A stretch of 64,000 nt of DNA from Massalongia carnosa (Eukaryota): positions 496,001 through 560,000 of the forward strand of contig OZ287078.1 of the NCBI GenBank assembly GCA_965645245.1. The letters are read 5' to 3'. Numbering within the stretch: the first letter of the stretch is position 1; each line of letters starts with the position of its first letter. This document shows positions 49,849-62,113 of the stretch, piece after piece. A program made the translations under genes and the position numbers. The notes beneath the pieces are model-generated. The model ran no database searches. It saw only the letters and a program-made list of their open reading frames with translations, and was not told the DNA's origin.

Positions 49849-51989
49849 CCCTTCGTCTGGCAATTTGGCAGCCATTTAGGTAATATTCAATTTTACACGC
49901 GCCGTCTCCGGGTAATGACTAATAACTTTAATCTGGCCAATCAGATTTTCCCTTTTCAACGATAATGGGTACAACACCTCAATCACCCCTCATGATCTAT
50001 GTAAAATTTCCCAACATGCCTCCTTTTTGCAACATGGTCCACAGCTCTTACATTGCCATCTGGTCTGACTTGCACGTCGTCTTTTGGTGCAATTTTCATC
50101 AATTTCCGCAAGTGGTCGGCGTCGTTTGAGTCTTGGCACTTGCCTTTTGCAGGCCAAACAATAGTCCTTCTTATTCAAATGCTCCCATTTGCAAGTTGAC
50201 TCGACGTCTTTATTAACGTCTTGATTAGTAGTAACTATGACATCTGTCGGACGTTTCCGTAGGGCACCGGCTTGATTGGATAGTAGGGCATTTACTATTT
50301 CTTTTTGAAAGTCCAAATGGCTGAGTGTTGAATTCGGATACAGAATTCTCCACAATTTGAAGGCATTTAGAACGGCTGCATCCAGAAGAAAGATGAAAAT
50401 TGACCACCAGTAGCGACGATCAGATCTTTGAGGTGAATAATATGCTCTTTGCTGAGCATTCCCATCTGACCCGCCCATGTGCTGGTTATATTCCACGATG
50501 GGCATGGGAAATGGAAGCTTTTCTTTTTCATCATCAACGATGACTCTGGAATTTGCAGGAATTCCATGACGTCGACGGGAATTCTTGTAGAAAGAAGTCT
50601 TCAAATCCTCAATTGTATGAACCGTGGTCATGAATTGCACGGTGTTTAAATCCACCCATGCCATACACAGAATGTCCCCGTCATCAATGTTTGATTTTTA
50701 CTTTTATTTGCAGGTACCGTCATCAATGCCTTCTTTCCCCAGTCCTTATTCTTGGTGGCTGCAACCCTCAGACGTAGAAGATCAACAGGAAAACCGCATC
50801 CTGCATTAGCCGTCCCACAGGCAGCAATTCCAATGGTTTTCAGAGCTTTGAATAGCTTCGTATTTGTGAAGAAGTTGTCCAGAAAGATGACGTATTTCAA
50901 GCCTTCATCAGACGGTAAACTTCGAGCCAGTTGAATGACGACTAGGGAGGAAGGAGACAAATCCCATTTGGTTGTCGGAAATTTCAATTGTCCAGGCGTT
51001 TTTAACTCACTAATTTTGGACACCTGTCTTGCAATTAGTACGATGCAAATTGAGGCCTTTTCTACTCACCTTGGAGGTAAATAAGAAGTCAAAAAGATAA
51101 TTTTCCTGACATAAACTATAGATTTTGAAGCCTACACCAGCCGCCTTGGTGGCTATTTGCATAGTATGGCAGCTCCTACCCCTGAATAAAATCAATTGCT
51201 CGTCAACTGACACATGACTTCCAGGAATCCAGTATTTCTTTGATGCTTTTCGAAAGTCTGTGGCCAATGGTTCCAGCTTTTTCCACCAATCAGGGCCTCG
51301 AGTATCAATGATCTCATCTTCGTCGGGGTTGGATATCTTCAAAAATCGCTTGAGTTGCTCCCATCTTCGAAGACTCATGGCTTGAATCACCATGTCATGT
51401 ATGGCAAATTTAGGAGACGTGTTCCAATAGTCAGTAAGACGTGGCATCAGTGTATACCCCATATATAACAGACTTCCCAGAAAAGCTCCTACTTCAGAAG
51501 AAGAGGTGTCATGCCATTGACGTCTCTTGATGTCGTTTAGGGCATACTTCTTTTTCGCTTTAAGATTGGTGTTTTTAGCTATGATTTCAAGCATTTCAAA
51601 GCTAAAGAAGAGGCAGAATAAACTGAAAGGAGTCTGATTTATCAAGCGCAACGTCTCGTCCGGCTGTGGTTTTCGAAATGGAATCGAAATTGGACAATAA
51701 TTTGATGACGGAGGGGGCATGGAGTCAATTATGCTTTGTACGCTGGGTTTATTCTTTTTGGCCTGTTCTTTCAGAATTGAGGGGGGCAAAGCGTCTGATT
51801 GGTCAGGAACTTCTATCTCAATGCCTCTCATGATTATTCTAAAGAAATTGTAGATGTTTTAATGATTTTCAACTGATGTTTACCTTCTTATTTACAAAAA
51901 AAGGTGAGAATGTTTTGAAGTTCGCGACTCAGCCCTACGGTATCTCACTAAGCCTATTTAAGGTGGCTGCCAAATTGCCAGACGAAGGG
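49849..51989 (-). mobile_element. piggyBac-family transposon, second family; transposase with one intron and one frameshift
   Basis: TIR CCCTTCGTCTGGCAATTTGGCAGCCA and its reverse complement; transposase 49990-51831: SVDEQLILFRGRS, intron 51024-51069, LDNFFTN, frameshift at the T5 run near 50697, YNQHMGGSD, Cys-rich tail. Confidence 0.93.
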
Positions 51990-52102
51990 ATACAGTACTA
52001 GGCCAAAACTCTGCGGCCCCGCACCCCACCAACATTTCAATCATTCTATTCAATCAACAATCAACCACGTCACGATTGCTGAAATGTCTTGAAACTTTAC
52101 AT

Positions 52103-53384
52103 GATGATGATGATGATGATAATTCATTCTCGATGTGGCACCGTCCGAAGGACGGCCCATGCGGGCACATCTATGGGGCTATATACAGGGGTGAAAAAAC
52201 CTTACGAGGTGACAAAAACCCTGTGTTTCAACACTCCATCACCGACTCCTAGGGGCCGGAACGGATTCGGACGTCTATGCGGACTGCATGACCAGAAAGA
52301 AAAAGAAATGGCACGATGAATCGCGCACTATGGTCAGGGTAGGGACTTTTTTGAGCCTTGGTCGTTTTGATCTCGAATCGTTATCCAGCGGGGACTCAGC
52401 GGAAGACCCCCGTATCCCCTCCGAGCCGGGTCATCCAGTAGATCGAAATCAAATCCAGATGTATTCCTGCTCCCACTTTTGACTGTTTTTGTGTGTCTAT
52501 CGCCCTCGACATGCCTATCGCTGCTCGTACGTGTCGATGTCGTCACCTCTATCCCTTCAAGTCGACCGAATGTGCATACGCCTTCGTTATAAGTCATGGG
52601 TCAGATGACCTCGTTGCATCCACCTCGAAAACCATGGGTCAGAGGCCTTTCCGAGAATAATAAGGTAGAGAAGTGCACCTTCCACCAGGCCTCAATACCG
52701 TGTTGTAGTTTGACCGTTCTTCGAAAAGGACTAGGGCACCAAGCTTGTAGAGTAGCAAGGACTATTCCTGAAGTCATATACGTACACCGGCCACGGTGAG
52801 GTCGTCGGTGACATAGCCGTCACAAACGAGCCCCAACGGGAGTCCCTTATGCCTCATTATTCCTTTTCAGGCTGTACCGACTCGCCCGCCTTCCCATGTG
52901 CTCCCTCCGAGGACCCCTCGAGGCTGTGCCGACTCGTCCGCCTTCCCAAGCTCTTACTTCGATGGGAGCAATACTCTCGTGCTCTTTGGTGTGACCGAAA
53001 ACTCTGTTTTCCACCCGGTAAATCGCTTCGTAGTCGAATCGTAAACGTGTCGGCCCCCGTACGGGTACGAGGACTGTCGGGCGTCACCCCTTTCGCGTTT
53101 GTGGCAGTTCGACTCTTCCTCGACCCCCAGATTAGGAGCTACTCCTCCTATGACTGTGTCCTTCAGGAAACACCTCGAGAACTATGGCGTTTGTGGTTCG
53201 TTCTTTCGATACTCAACTTTCGTCGCGATGTGTGTGCTTTGGTGAAACCGCACGGAGTGCTCACCCACCCCCCGATTCACCTCCGACACCCACCCGTCAC
53301 CGAAGGGGAGAGAGACACTTGGCTCCTCTGGCAAGCAGAAGGTTCGTAGCCGGCACCGCGTACAGGTGGTCCTCGTTGCCAGCC
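52103..53384 (-). mobile_element. Non-autonomous non-LTR retroelement (SINE-like, about 1.28 kb) with a LINE-type 3' tail
   Basis: TSD (C)TTGAAACTTTACAT at 52088-52102 and 53384-53398; (CAT)n tail; 3' hairpins shared with the LINE at 1781; no RT-like ORF. Confidence 0.9.
53310..53384 (-). ncRNA. HDV-like self-cleaving ribozyme (predicted)
   Basis: GGCUGGC(P1) AAC GAGGACC(P2) ACC(P3) UGUACGC(L3) GGU(P3') GCCGGCU(P1') AC(P1.1) P4 hairpin CUUCUG/CAGAGG, J4/2 G-C-C-A-A, P2' G(U)GUC(U)CUC; begins at the element 5' boundary. Confidence 0.8.
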
Positions 53385-53444
53385 TTGAAACTTTACATAA
53401 TGATTACATACATACTAAACACGAATTCCCCCAAAAATTGATTT

Positions 53445-54530
53445 TTAATATTTAGTATACCATCCTTCCGACGCTATACACGCTTTTATCCTCCTACTCA
53501 TGCTCTCTATTAACCTCCTCATCATTTTCACATCTATCAACGTCCAGGCTTCTTCTAACGCTTTCCAAAGTACCTCACGAACAGTTTCATCACTGCCGCT
53601 CACCAAATCTATGTTCGGGTTGACTTGATAGACGAGCTTTTTGAGCACATACCAAACGTGCTCGATGGGATTTAAATCAGGTGGATAGGGGGGCCAATCG
53701 ATGACCTCTATGCCGTTCTCATTGAACCATTCCATCACCTTTTTAGCCTTATGTATAGGTGCGTTATCCTGCATGAAAATGAGGCCCGGTTGCCAAATTC
53801 CAAGCAGATTATCGTTCAATAATTCCATATATGAGTTCGCCGAGTACCCCGTCTTCTTCGCAGCAAAATCACGAGCTAATTTGTAAAGATCTGACCTGTC
53901 ATCTCCCCAAAAAGCTGCCCAGACCATGACACTGACTCCTTTGCCTTTGGGGACAGGTTGTATCATCTCTTTATTCCATTTTTCTTTCGGCAATCTGAAC
54001 ACCCACTGACGCTGTTTTCCTGACCCCTTTTCCACCGAGCACTCATCTGACCATATAACTCTTGACCACTGCTCAAAAGTCCACTCACGCCGCAGCAAGC
54101 ACCAATCCAATCGTTTCTTGGCCACCTCAGGCGTCAATAAAGGTCGTTTTTTAGCCACCCAGTTGGTTAAACCATACAGTTTGAGTGCCCGATAAATAGT
54201 CGTACGACTGCAGCCGAGCCCCACTTCTAGTTTGATTTGTGCATAAGTGATTCGTGGATTGATTCGTGCATGCTTGATGATATAACGTCGATCGCGTTCT
54301 GACAGCACTTCAGGCCGTCCAGAACGTGATTTAGACACGCCGTCGTTGCGAATTGAGTGCTTCTGAATGGTGCTCTGCACGGTCGATTTAGTGAAATTAA
54401 GAGTCTTCCCAATCTCGGTCGGTGTGTGCCCCAACGCCTGGGCCCCAACAATCATACCACGTTGATATGGCGTCAATTCAGTGTTACGAGGCCGATTACC
54501 ACTTATGGGGGTCAAAGAAGCACGAAGCAT
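53445..54530 (-). CDS. Tc1-type DD34E transposase
   Basis: N-terminal HTH, WSDEC, MVWAAF, FMQDNAPIH, DLNPIEHVW; 34-residue D-E spacing; the usual SPD reads PPD. Confidence 0.93.
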   Translation of the reverse strand: MLRASLTPISGNRPRNTELTPYQRGMIVGAQALGHTPTEIGKTLNFTKSTVQSTIQKHSIRNDGVSKSRSGRPEVLSERDRRYIIKHARINPRITYAQIKLEVGLGCSRTTIYRALKLYGLTNWVAKKRPLLTPEVAKKRLDWCLLRREWTFEQWSRVIWSDECSVEKGSGKQRQWVFRLPKEKWNKEMIQPVPKGKGVSVMVWAAFWGDDRSDLYKLARDFAAKKTGYSANSYMELLNDNLLGIWQPGLIFMQDNAPIHKAKKVMEWFNENGIEVIDWPPYPPDLNPIEHVWYVLKKLVYQVNPNIDLVSGSDETVREVLWKALEEAWTLIDVKMMRRLIESMSRRIKACIASEGWYTKY

Positions 54531-57500
54531 GGTGAAATGATGAGGTGGAAGATGGGGGTTTGATGAGTTGAAAACGCGAAATCACGAAAATTACGGGTTG
54601 GGCCGCAGACTTTTGGCACGGGACTGTAACTATTGTACAAGCAACCGACCTGTCCGAACGCTTACTTATGGATCGCCGCATTCATGTCTTGGAAGTCTTC
54701 TCTACATCTGACTAGGGCGTAATAACATTGGGTTTTTCGCAATGTATGAGTCTCGATTATAGATGGCAATTTCTTCAGACAGCCGATTGTTCCCAGCACT
54801 CTTTATGAAAGTCCGTGATTGGAGCATTCCTCATGCAAGACACAAGATGAGACATTCTATGTAATAAATCGACAGACCAATATTCGAAGCGCAAAGAGGA
54901 ATCAGATTAGCTGAAAAAGAAGATCTATCTCTACTACTATTCACAGAGCAACTTCTAAGCTGCAAATTTTTATCGATCTGCTTTGTTTCATTAGATCCTA
55001 CTTTTCATTATATAGCCCATGTGGTTGGATAGGTACATAGATAAGCAGACCGATTCGCTGAATCTTCCATATCAGGCGGAGAAGGGTTTCTACATCAACG
55101 TTGCCTTTTCGTATTTTCACCTCTTCACCTCTTCCCCCCTCTTTACCTCTCTCCAACTTAACCCCTTTTCCTATCTTATAAGGGTTCTCATTATGTCTCT
55201 AACCTTACACCTCCCTGCACCTCGCCGTGGTCACTAGATTCGATCAGAATGTCCTGTTGTCAAGTTTAAACCTGGAGTGGTCGATCTTTGGGTTGCGGCA
55301 AGGGAACCCGGTACGGTTGCGATGACAGCAGAAATGCCCAATACCTAGGGCTGTTTGACAATCATGTTGGGGGGTTGGCGTTAGCCGTTCGCATGGCGGA
55401 CTCAAAAGAAGAAGAAAAGACCATAATTATGGGAGTACTACCACCTAGGAAAGTGACTAAGGCAAAAGGTCGGTGCGCCGCCCTTTCAAGCCGCTTCAGC
55501 ATAATCCACTTTGGCCGAACATGGATTTCTCATGCTATAACAGCCCTGGCTCTGCCGCGTTGAGAACGTCTGGAACAGGATCCAAAAAAGGGGTTCAGTG
55601 ATAGGCTGTTCAACGATTTGCTCAGCAGGATGGCTGTGTCAAGCACGCCTTAATTAGGTCATAGAGCTCTAAGCAGACACGCTTGACACTGATCGTGGCA
55701 GTTCAAGGGCAAAATCCTGCTTCCTACGCGAAGCTCGCAATGTATGCCATGTAATTATTCTCAGCTATTCTTCTACGCGAGGCATCTTGAGAGTCAAGAG
55801 CAATAATTGAGTTTTCTTTATCATGACCAACCCTTGGACGGTTTATTCAAGCTGCTTTGTTCGAAACCCCTTTGTATGAGCCTTGCACATATGCTAACTA
55901 AATGGCGGAGTCTCAAGACATTTCCACACATTTATGGGAAAACATTCCAAGGGTGGGGGAATGTGCTATCGTTGCAATGCAGGGTTTATGCAGACAGCCA
56001 TTGTTGGGCGCTTACAGAGAGATCACACACATCACCCCTCTCAGATTTATCAATACACCAAAAAAGAAGCACTCTTCATATACCAGAACCAGCTTCATCG
56101 TCCGAGTCCGCTGGTAGATGATGGGCCTCACAACTGACAATCGCGTGCGGTATCATGGCCTACGTTTCCATCTGGTCATTCATGTGCAAGCCCTAGCATC
56201 GCTTTCACCAAGCGCGAGATTCTTTCGTTTCTTTGTTAAACGCTTTTTGCGAAGGGAATCCATTCTTGATTCTTCTTTGATGAATCGAGCAGTATCATAT
56301 GAAGCATTAGTTATAAAATAGAAAGCTATCGTTCATAAACGTTACATCATCAAGTGGCAACAGCAGTCCCTTTATATATCTCCTCTCGACTTCTCCTTTC
56401 GCCCACTCTGTATTAAAGACACCAGATTACGCAAGACGGCCCTGAAAAGAGCATGCACCTATGCTTTACCCTTAAATATAACTTTGAGATTTCTGACAGA
56501 CATGCGAAAGCAACAAACAAGCCTTTCCAAAACCCATCCACCAGGAAACTCATTTGCCTACATCGCTAGAGCGGAGCATACCACTTCCTACGCAAGTGCG
56601 TTATAGTCGCGGTTCCAGGTTAATTAAAAACTCTTCAAAGAAACTAAAACGAGCAAGTAGAAGTCTGATAAGACGAAAATAGTTCCTGCAGCTCGAGTGT
56701 TCAACCAAGACGGGGGGGGGGGGGGGGGGGTGGATCCTTACTATTAACTAGATTCCATAAATTCCTTGCGTCCAGGTTTTGTCAATCGCTTGAGAGCGCC
56801 ATTGATTGATACATGGTCGATCTTTCGAAGTAGGTATACTCCCGTTTTCTTAGCTTTTGCCCTAGACTCTTCGACCCGAGAAATAAATTATTCGCAATGA
56901 ACTTTAAATCAGCGAAAGAAAGAAGTTTTGCTGTGCTCTTAAGGGAAAAGGGGGGAATGGGGCCCCGCCCTGGCGCTGTAGCGGCTTAACCGCATACTCA
57001 TCCTGAGATCCTTCCCTTCGTATTCGCAAGGACTCCCGGGAGAACTCACAAGCTCTGAGGCACTTCCGCTTCGGTCTGAAGTTTCATCATCATCTGCCAA
57101 TGCTCCCGCCCAAGACGTCCCCTATCACACGGGCGAGGGGGGAGGGCCAGCATCTTCGTTTTCCCAGGCGTCTCAAGCAACGCCTTCCGGAAAGGTTCTC
57201 CCCTAGCGAGAATTAAAGCTGAGAATTGTACTTTTTTAAATGTTTTCGTAGAAGAGCGAGAAATTCTTAACAATTTTTAGCGCATAAGCTTCTAAGAAGG
57301 CAATTCTAGAAAACCTCGGGACCTGAAGAACGTTCCGAAGGTAAATGAGCAGATCATTATTACTCCCGGCCGAAAAAGCTGGTTTTACCAATGGCTAAAC
57401 TAAGCTAACTATTTCACGAAGGCGCATACCTTTCTCCTTACTATCTCTCTAGGCACCATACTATCAGGCCTTGAGCCGTTCTCTTACTCAGGAATGCTTT

Positions 57501-60500
57501 TAGCGGTTGCTCACCAGGCGCAGCGAAGTCCTTTCGGCCTTCAGCTTGACGGGTTGAAATAAATATAAGGAAGGGTGATAATAGTGGACTATGACAAGAT
57601 TCGGTACTGGAGTCATAGCATGTTCCCTAAGCCGCTTTTTCCATTATGGGCATTTTCAGTTCCAAAGCATCGTTCGCCATTATGTTTGATGTCTTGGTAG
57701 TTACAATGCCTTTCCTACCACCCAGTGCTTCAGGATCCTCAGGCCTCTGAGCAAAGAAAACAGCGCTTCACGTATCACATTTCTGTTTTGTCGATTTCTT
57801 TGACCAGATCCTCATATGGTGAGGTGGGTTCGTCGGGTAAAATCAGGAAACCCATAATCGAAAATCTTGTCTTAATGTTGTATGCATCTGATGAAAAAGG
57901 GTCTCATTGTTTTGATCGTTTCGGTGTGTTTCGGTTCCGGTGTTTTCTTCACATTTTTCCAAACAAGTCAAGATTTTGATATTGTCTTTACCTAGGGAAT
58001 TGGAAAAGAACAGGCCGCTTTGACGGCGTTTATATGTAAACGTTAGTACCGTTTGAGAGGTTAAGAACCGGCATAAGGAGATAATTGAAACCCCCCAAAT
58101 CCTTGGAAATGATTGGAGGTTAGGAAAAAGAAACTTATAAAAAAATGACCATGCCATATTTTCATATCCCTGATTCCGGATCGGATCTTCTTATTTCGCA
58201 ACACTTCCTCATAATGTTCACAGACAGACTGCGGAAGGATCTAGAATCCTGAGAAATGTGCATGGCGTCTTGATTGTATACATAGTATACGAGACCAGCA
58301 ACCTGTTCCAAGAATTCAGGGGGCGTCGTCTAGAAAACGAAAGATGATGATCCGCATCGTGTGTTGTCAATGGAAAGGGGCTATTACTTAAGGGGGTTGT
58401 GCGTATAAATATATATTTATAATAATATGTATATCCCTTAGGATAAATAACCATGTTATACCATAGTAGTTTCCTCCTTGCTCGGTAACAGTACGTTCGA
58501 AAGCGGAAGCTGCCTATACATAACCTATCGTGAGAGGAACTGTTGAGTCGTAGAAAAATAAGGAACTCGGTAGTCTTCGAAGAATGCTGTTCGGACGTCT
58601 TTCTCAGATCAATTGTAAGGATAAGAGGAGGTGGTTTGGGAGCGTATAATTGAACGGGTCCTGGCGCCAGTGCTTTCCGAGGCCTCCTTCCGTAAGCTTT
58701 CTGGTCGGGGATGAACTGTTACAAGGTACTTAATGAATGTTGCGAGTCGTAGAAAAATAAAGGATCAAGATTCCATTTCTTTGATCAAAATTTGCGCCGG
58801 GGGAGGGGGCGCAAATCCTCTTTCATAAAAATTAAACCCCATTGGCTGGAAAAACGTGGAGTTTTATCTATCAGCGAAACCCGCCGAGCGAGGCTCGTCT
58901 CGATCCGCCCCAGACGAGTCCAGCTTAACTGAACAAGGAGAAACCCCGATCTTGAAAACCTAAGTGCTAGGTTTCGACTTTAGAGCTCCGAGAAACGGCG
59001 AAAGATGCACACGATTTTAAACTAGTGCAAGGAACACTCTATAAGGAAAGGGTTGGATTCTCCTTGCCAAGTATCGGAACGATTGCGTTGCACTCGCTCT
59101 CCAACGAGCTTGAGGGTTGGTTGGGAATGAGAAAACAAGGGGGGGGGAATCAAAAAGACACTATACCCCAAGGAGGGGGCGCCCTCTGATCTCTGAAATG
59201 GCTGCTAGCGAGTTATCATATACTGTATATTTGCGTTTTTTCTCTTGTTATATATCTAATATTATAAAAAAGAAAATTCCCTTTTGTTCGTGTCGCGATC
59301 AGGTTGAGAATCGAAGATAGGAAGCTCTTTGCTGATCGTTTCTCTTCGAACGCAAACCTAACAGCTCGTAATAGATCCAGAGTCTGGAAGTTCATCTTGA
59401 GGCTGGTAGTTTTTCAGAGGCAGACTATCATCGTCGACTTCAAAGCGCATGAACACAACGATCGAAGTGATGCAACAGCCTGAACCAACAAAAGAGGGAT
59501 TACTGGATGTTGGCGCTTCACTCCATCTTTTCCTTGCCACGATCTCTATACGCTGAGTTATCATCACCGCAATAGCTTTACCTCCATGAACAGACTCCTC
59601 ATTATGCGAAGTTTTCCGCGCCTTTGTTATAGACAGCGCCACAAGTTCATCGATTGAAGGCAAAATTAGAAACTTCTTAGTGATGTTTGAAAAAACGGCT
59701 TCTCCTGCAAATGCTATATCTGGCTTCCGAGAACCACTTTTTTTCTCTTTGGCTGGGGACATCTTCTGCGGGTATGGAGATGTTGGCATTCTCCAGAGAA
59801 AGATCACTCTCGAAGTCTTGTTTTCCGTCTGTTATCTATCCCGTCCTGTCCTTCTGTCCCTGCGTTGGAATGAAAGAAGATACTTCATCTGGCAATACAG
59901 GGCTGGAACACAGTGTTGATTTTTGGACCATTCACCTTTCGCCATTGGAATATCTTCGAAAGATCTCGTCTATCTTCCTTATTCCTATCAACGAGGCTTT
60001 AATATCCTCACTATGGCCCTTTTCGAAATGCCACTTACGCAAATCAATTGCATCAACGAAGCATAGCCAACAACAACGGTTAGCCAGGCCGTTAGGCCCT
60101 TTGCTACACTAGTCGCCCTAGCGACGATCTTAGCCTAGATCCGGAAGCCGTTTATATCTGTAACAATTCCTCTCCGGCGACGCATTTGGCAAGCCGCCTT
60201 AACCGATATCTTGAAGATGACACAAAGGTTACCACTGCGGTAACCAGAAACGGAAAAAGAACTGATCAAGAAAGCTTTCGCGTTAATTATCCAGGATTTC
60301 TAAAAAGAATTGGAATAACAGAAAGGAATAAAGAAAGAAAGCGTACTGAAAGCTGCCGAAGGATTACCCGGAAGGGTGATACCGCTTGGTGATTTGACAA
60401 TCAGAAATATAATTATGGACCGCGCTGTTATATACCATATAATCGTTAATATCTGTAGCTGTGCCGGAAAAGCCCGAGACTAGTGCTCTGGATCTTTTAA

Positions 60501-61495
60501 AGGGCTATCAATAGTTAAATTCCCCTTCAATGCCTGTCTCTCTCTCCGGTGAATAATAACACCAACGATTCACGACACTTCCTGCCTGCCTGCACTCACC
60601 TATTTGTTCAGTGGCATCAATACCTATCTCAATATTCGTCGGAGAGTAAGATTCCAAGACTCCTAGGATTCTCGCTCTTGTCGGAATCGTCTTTTTATGG
60701 GACGGGCTTGTTCGTTCTTGAACGTTTCGATATCGAGACTGGGTTTGTCGATTGATTGGAGAAATCCGAATTGCTGATGAGTGCGGGTATGGGTGATAAA
60801 AGTTCCTGGGAGAATGGTAGAATGAAATAGTTGTTGGTGCATTAAACGCACTTGTCTCATAGAGGATGTTAATTTTTTTTTAAAAGAAAAACACGTGAGA
60901 TCGTGGTTAAAAAGGAACTAGTTGAAGCCCATATGCGGCGGATGAATCTGTCGACTCCTCTATACATGCTGGGATAAGACTATACTCGGCAAGCTTTCAA
61001 TAGATGATTACAAAAGCTTAATTTCATGGAAGGACTAATAAGCTAAACTTGAAAGCAAGACGAAGAAAACTCGAGACATCCGTGGTGATTGAATTTACTT
61101 CTAGCATCGATCTAATTTATACCCTGAGCTTGCATCGGGTTTGAAACCCCCATTTAGCGGAAGGAGACGCGGTGGTGTAAGGCTCGGAATAAGGAGGTTG
61201 ACTTGAGAAGTGATGAGAGATAAGAGATAGGAGATGAGGTAGGAGATGGCGATGAGAATAGTTAAAAACTTGCCGATGCGCAGAAGTAAGATATTGCGAA
61301 AGGTGAATCGTGATGGAAATAAATAAAGACTTTAGGAATAAGGAATTCATAATCTGAGATTATGAATTGAAGAGAAAATGATGTCAAGAAGGCCCTGTTA
61401 ATAAAATGTAAATAAACTCAGAATGGATCTTTCATCGCGTTACTCATTCCTCTTCTTTGCTCTCCGTTTCCTTATTGCTTGCCCGAAACCCAAAT

Positions 61496-61992
61496 CTAGC
61501 TAATACCCAACTCCCGATAGAAAGCCTCCGTTCTCGGCTTCCTGCCCAGAAAATCCTCGAGCGTGCGCATCTCGTCTTGGCTCCCCCCGCGCTCGAGGAC
61601 CGTGTGGCGGTATCTGCGACCTTCGGTAGGGTTCATGGGAGAGGAGGCGAAGACGGTGTAGAACATGTCGGCTGAGTAGACTTGGGAACTATTTTGAACA
61701 CGAGCACGAGTATTAGAGTTGGTATATGCATTTAAGGCATGTAGAAACAAGTACAAGGAGGGAGACGACTTGGTGAAATGATTAGTATTAGAGACAAGGT
61801 TAGGAAATACCTGAGGTAACCGTAATACCCGGCGTCGTAGCCACCAATTAGATGTCCAAATGTTGCTTGGCCGTGTCCTAGACAAACCATTGTTTTAGCT
61901 TGATTTCGTTAATGATAACCCAAGATCTTACCCCATTCCGAGCCTTCTCCCAGCACCTCCGGCCCATCAAGCTGTGTGATTTCTTTACTAAG
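61496..61992 (-). pseudogene. Orphan C-terminal fragment of an M3 metallopeptidase (thimet oligopeptidase / saccharolysin type)
   Basis: KEITQLDGPE../GHGQATFGHLIGGYDAGYYGYL/SSQVYSADMF...EGRRYRHTVLERGGSQD...FLGRKP..AFYRELG with two introns; upstream sequence is low-complexity KNR4 3' flank. Confidence 0.8.
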
Positions 61993-62080
61993 CTAAGCTA
62001 ATCTAAACTAACCAACTAGCCTAGCCCTGGTGTGAACATGATATTATGTAACTAGCTGCAGCGGTAGAAGAGACGAGATT

Positions 62081-62113
62081 GAATGAATGAATGAATGAAT
62101 GAATGAATGAATA
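62081..62113. repeat. (GAAT)n microsatellite
   Basis: Read directly. Confidence 0.9.

Larger units (their letters stand above)
51993..54626 (-). mobile_element. Tc1/impala-like DD34E transposon, TA TSD, carrying a nested retroelement
   Basis: Imperfect TIRs CAGTACTAGGCCAAAACTCTGCGGCCC / CAGTCCCGTGCCAAAAGTCTGCGGCCC; TA at 51991-51992 and 54627-54628. Confidence 0.92.

Noticed and set aside
52849..53349. 166-aa plus-strand ORF inside the retroelement
   Set aside because: Antisense to the element, no recognisable domain, and GC-rich DNA produces such ORFs by chance.
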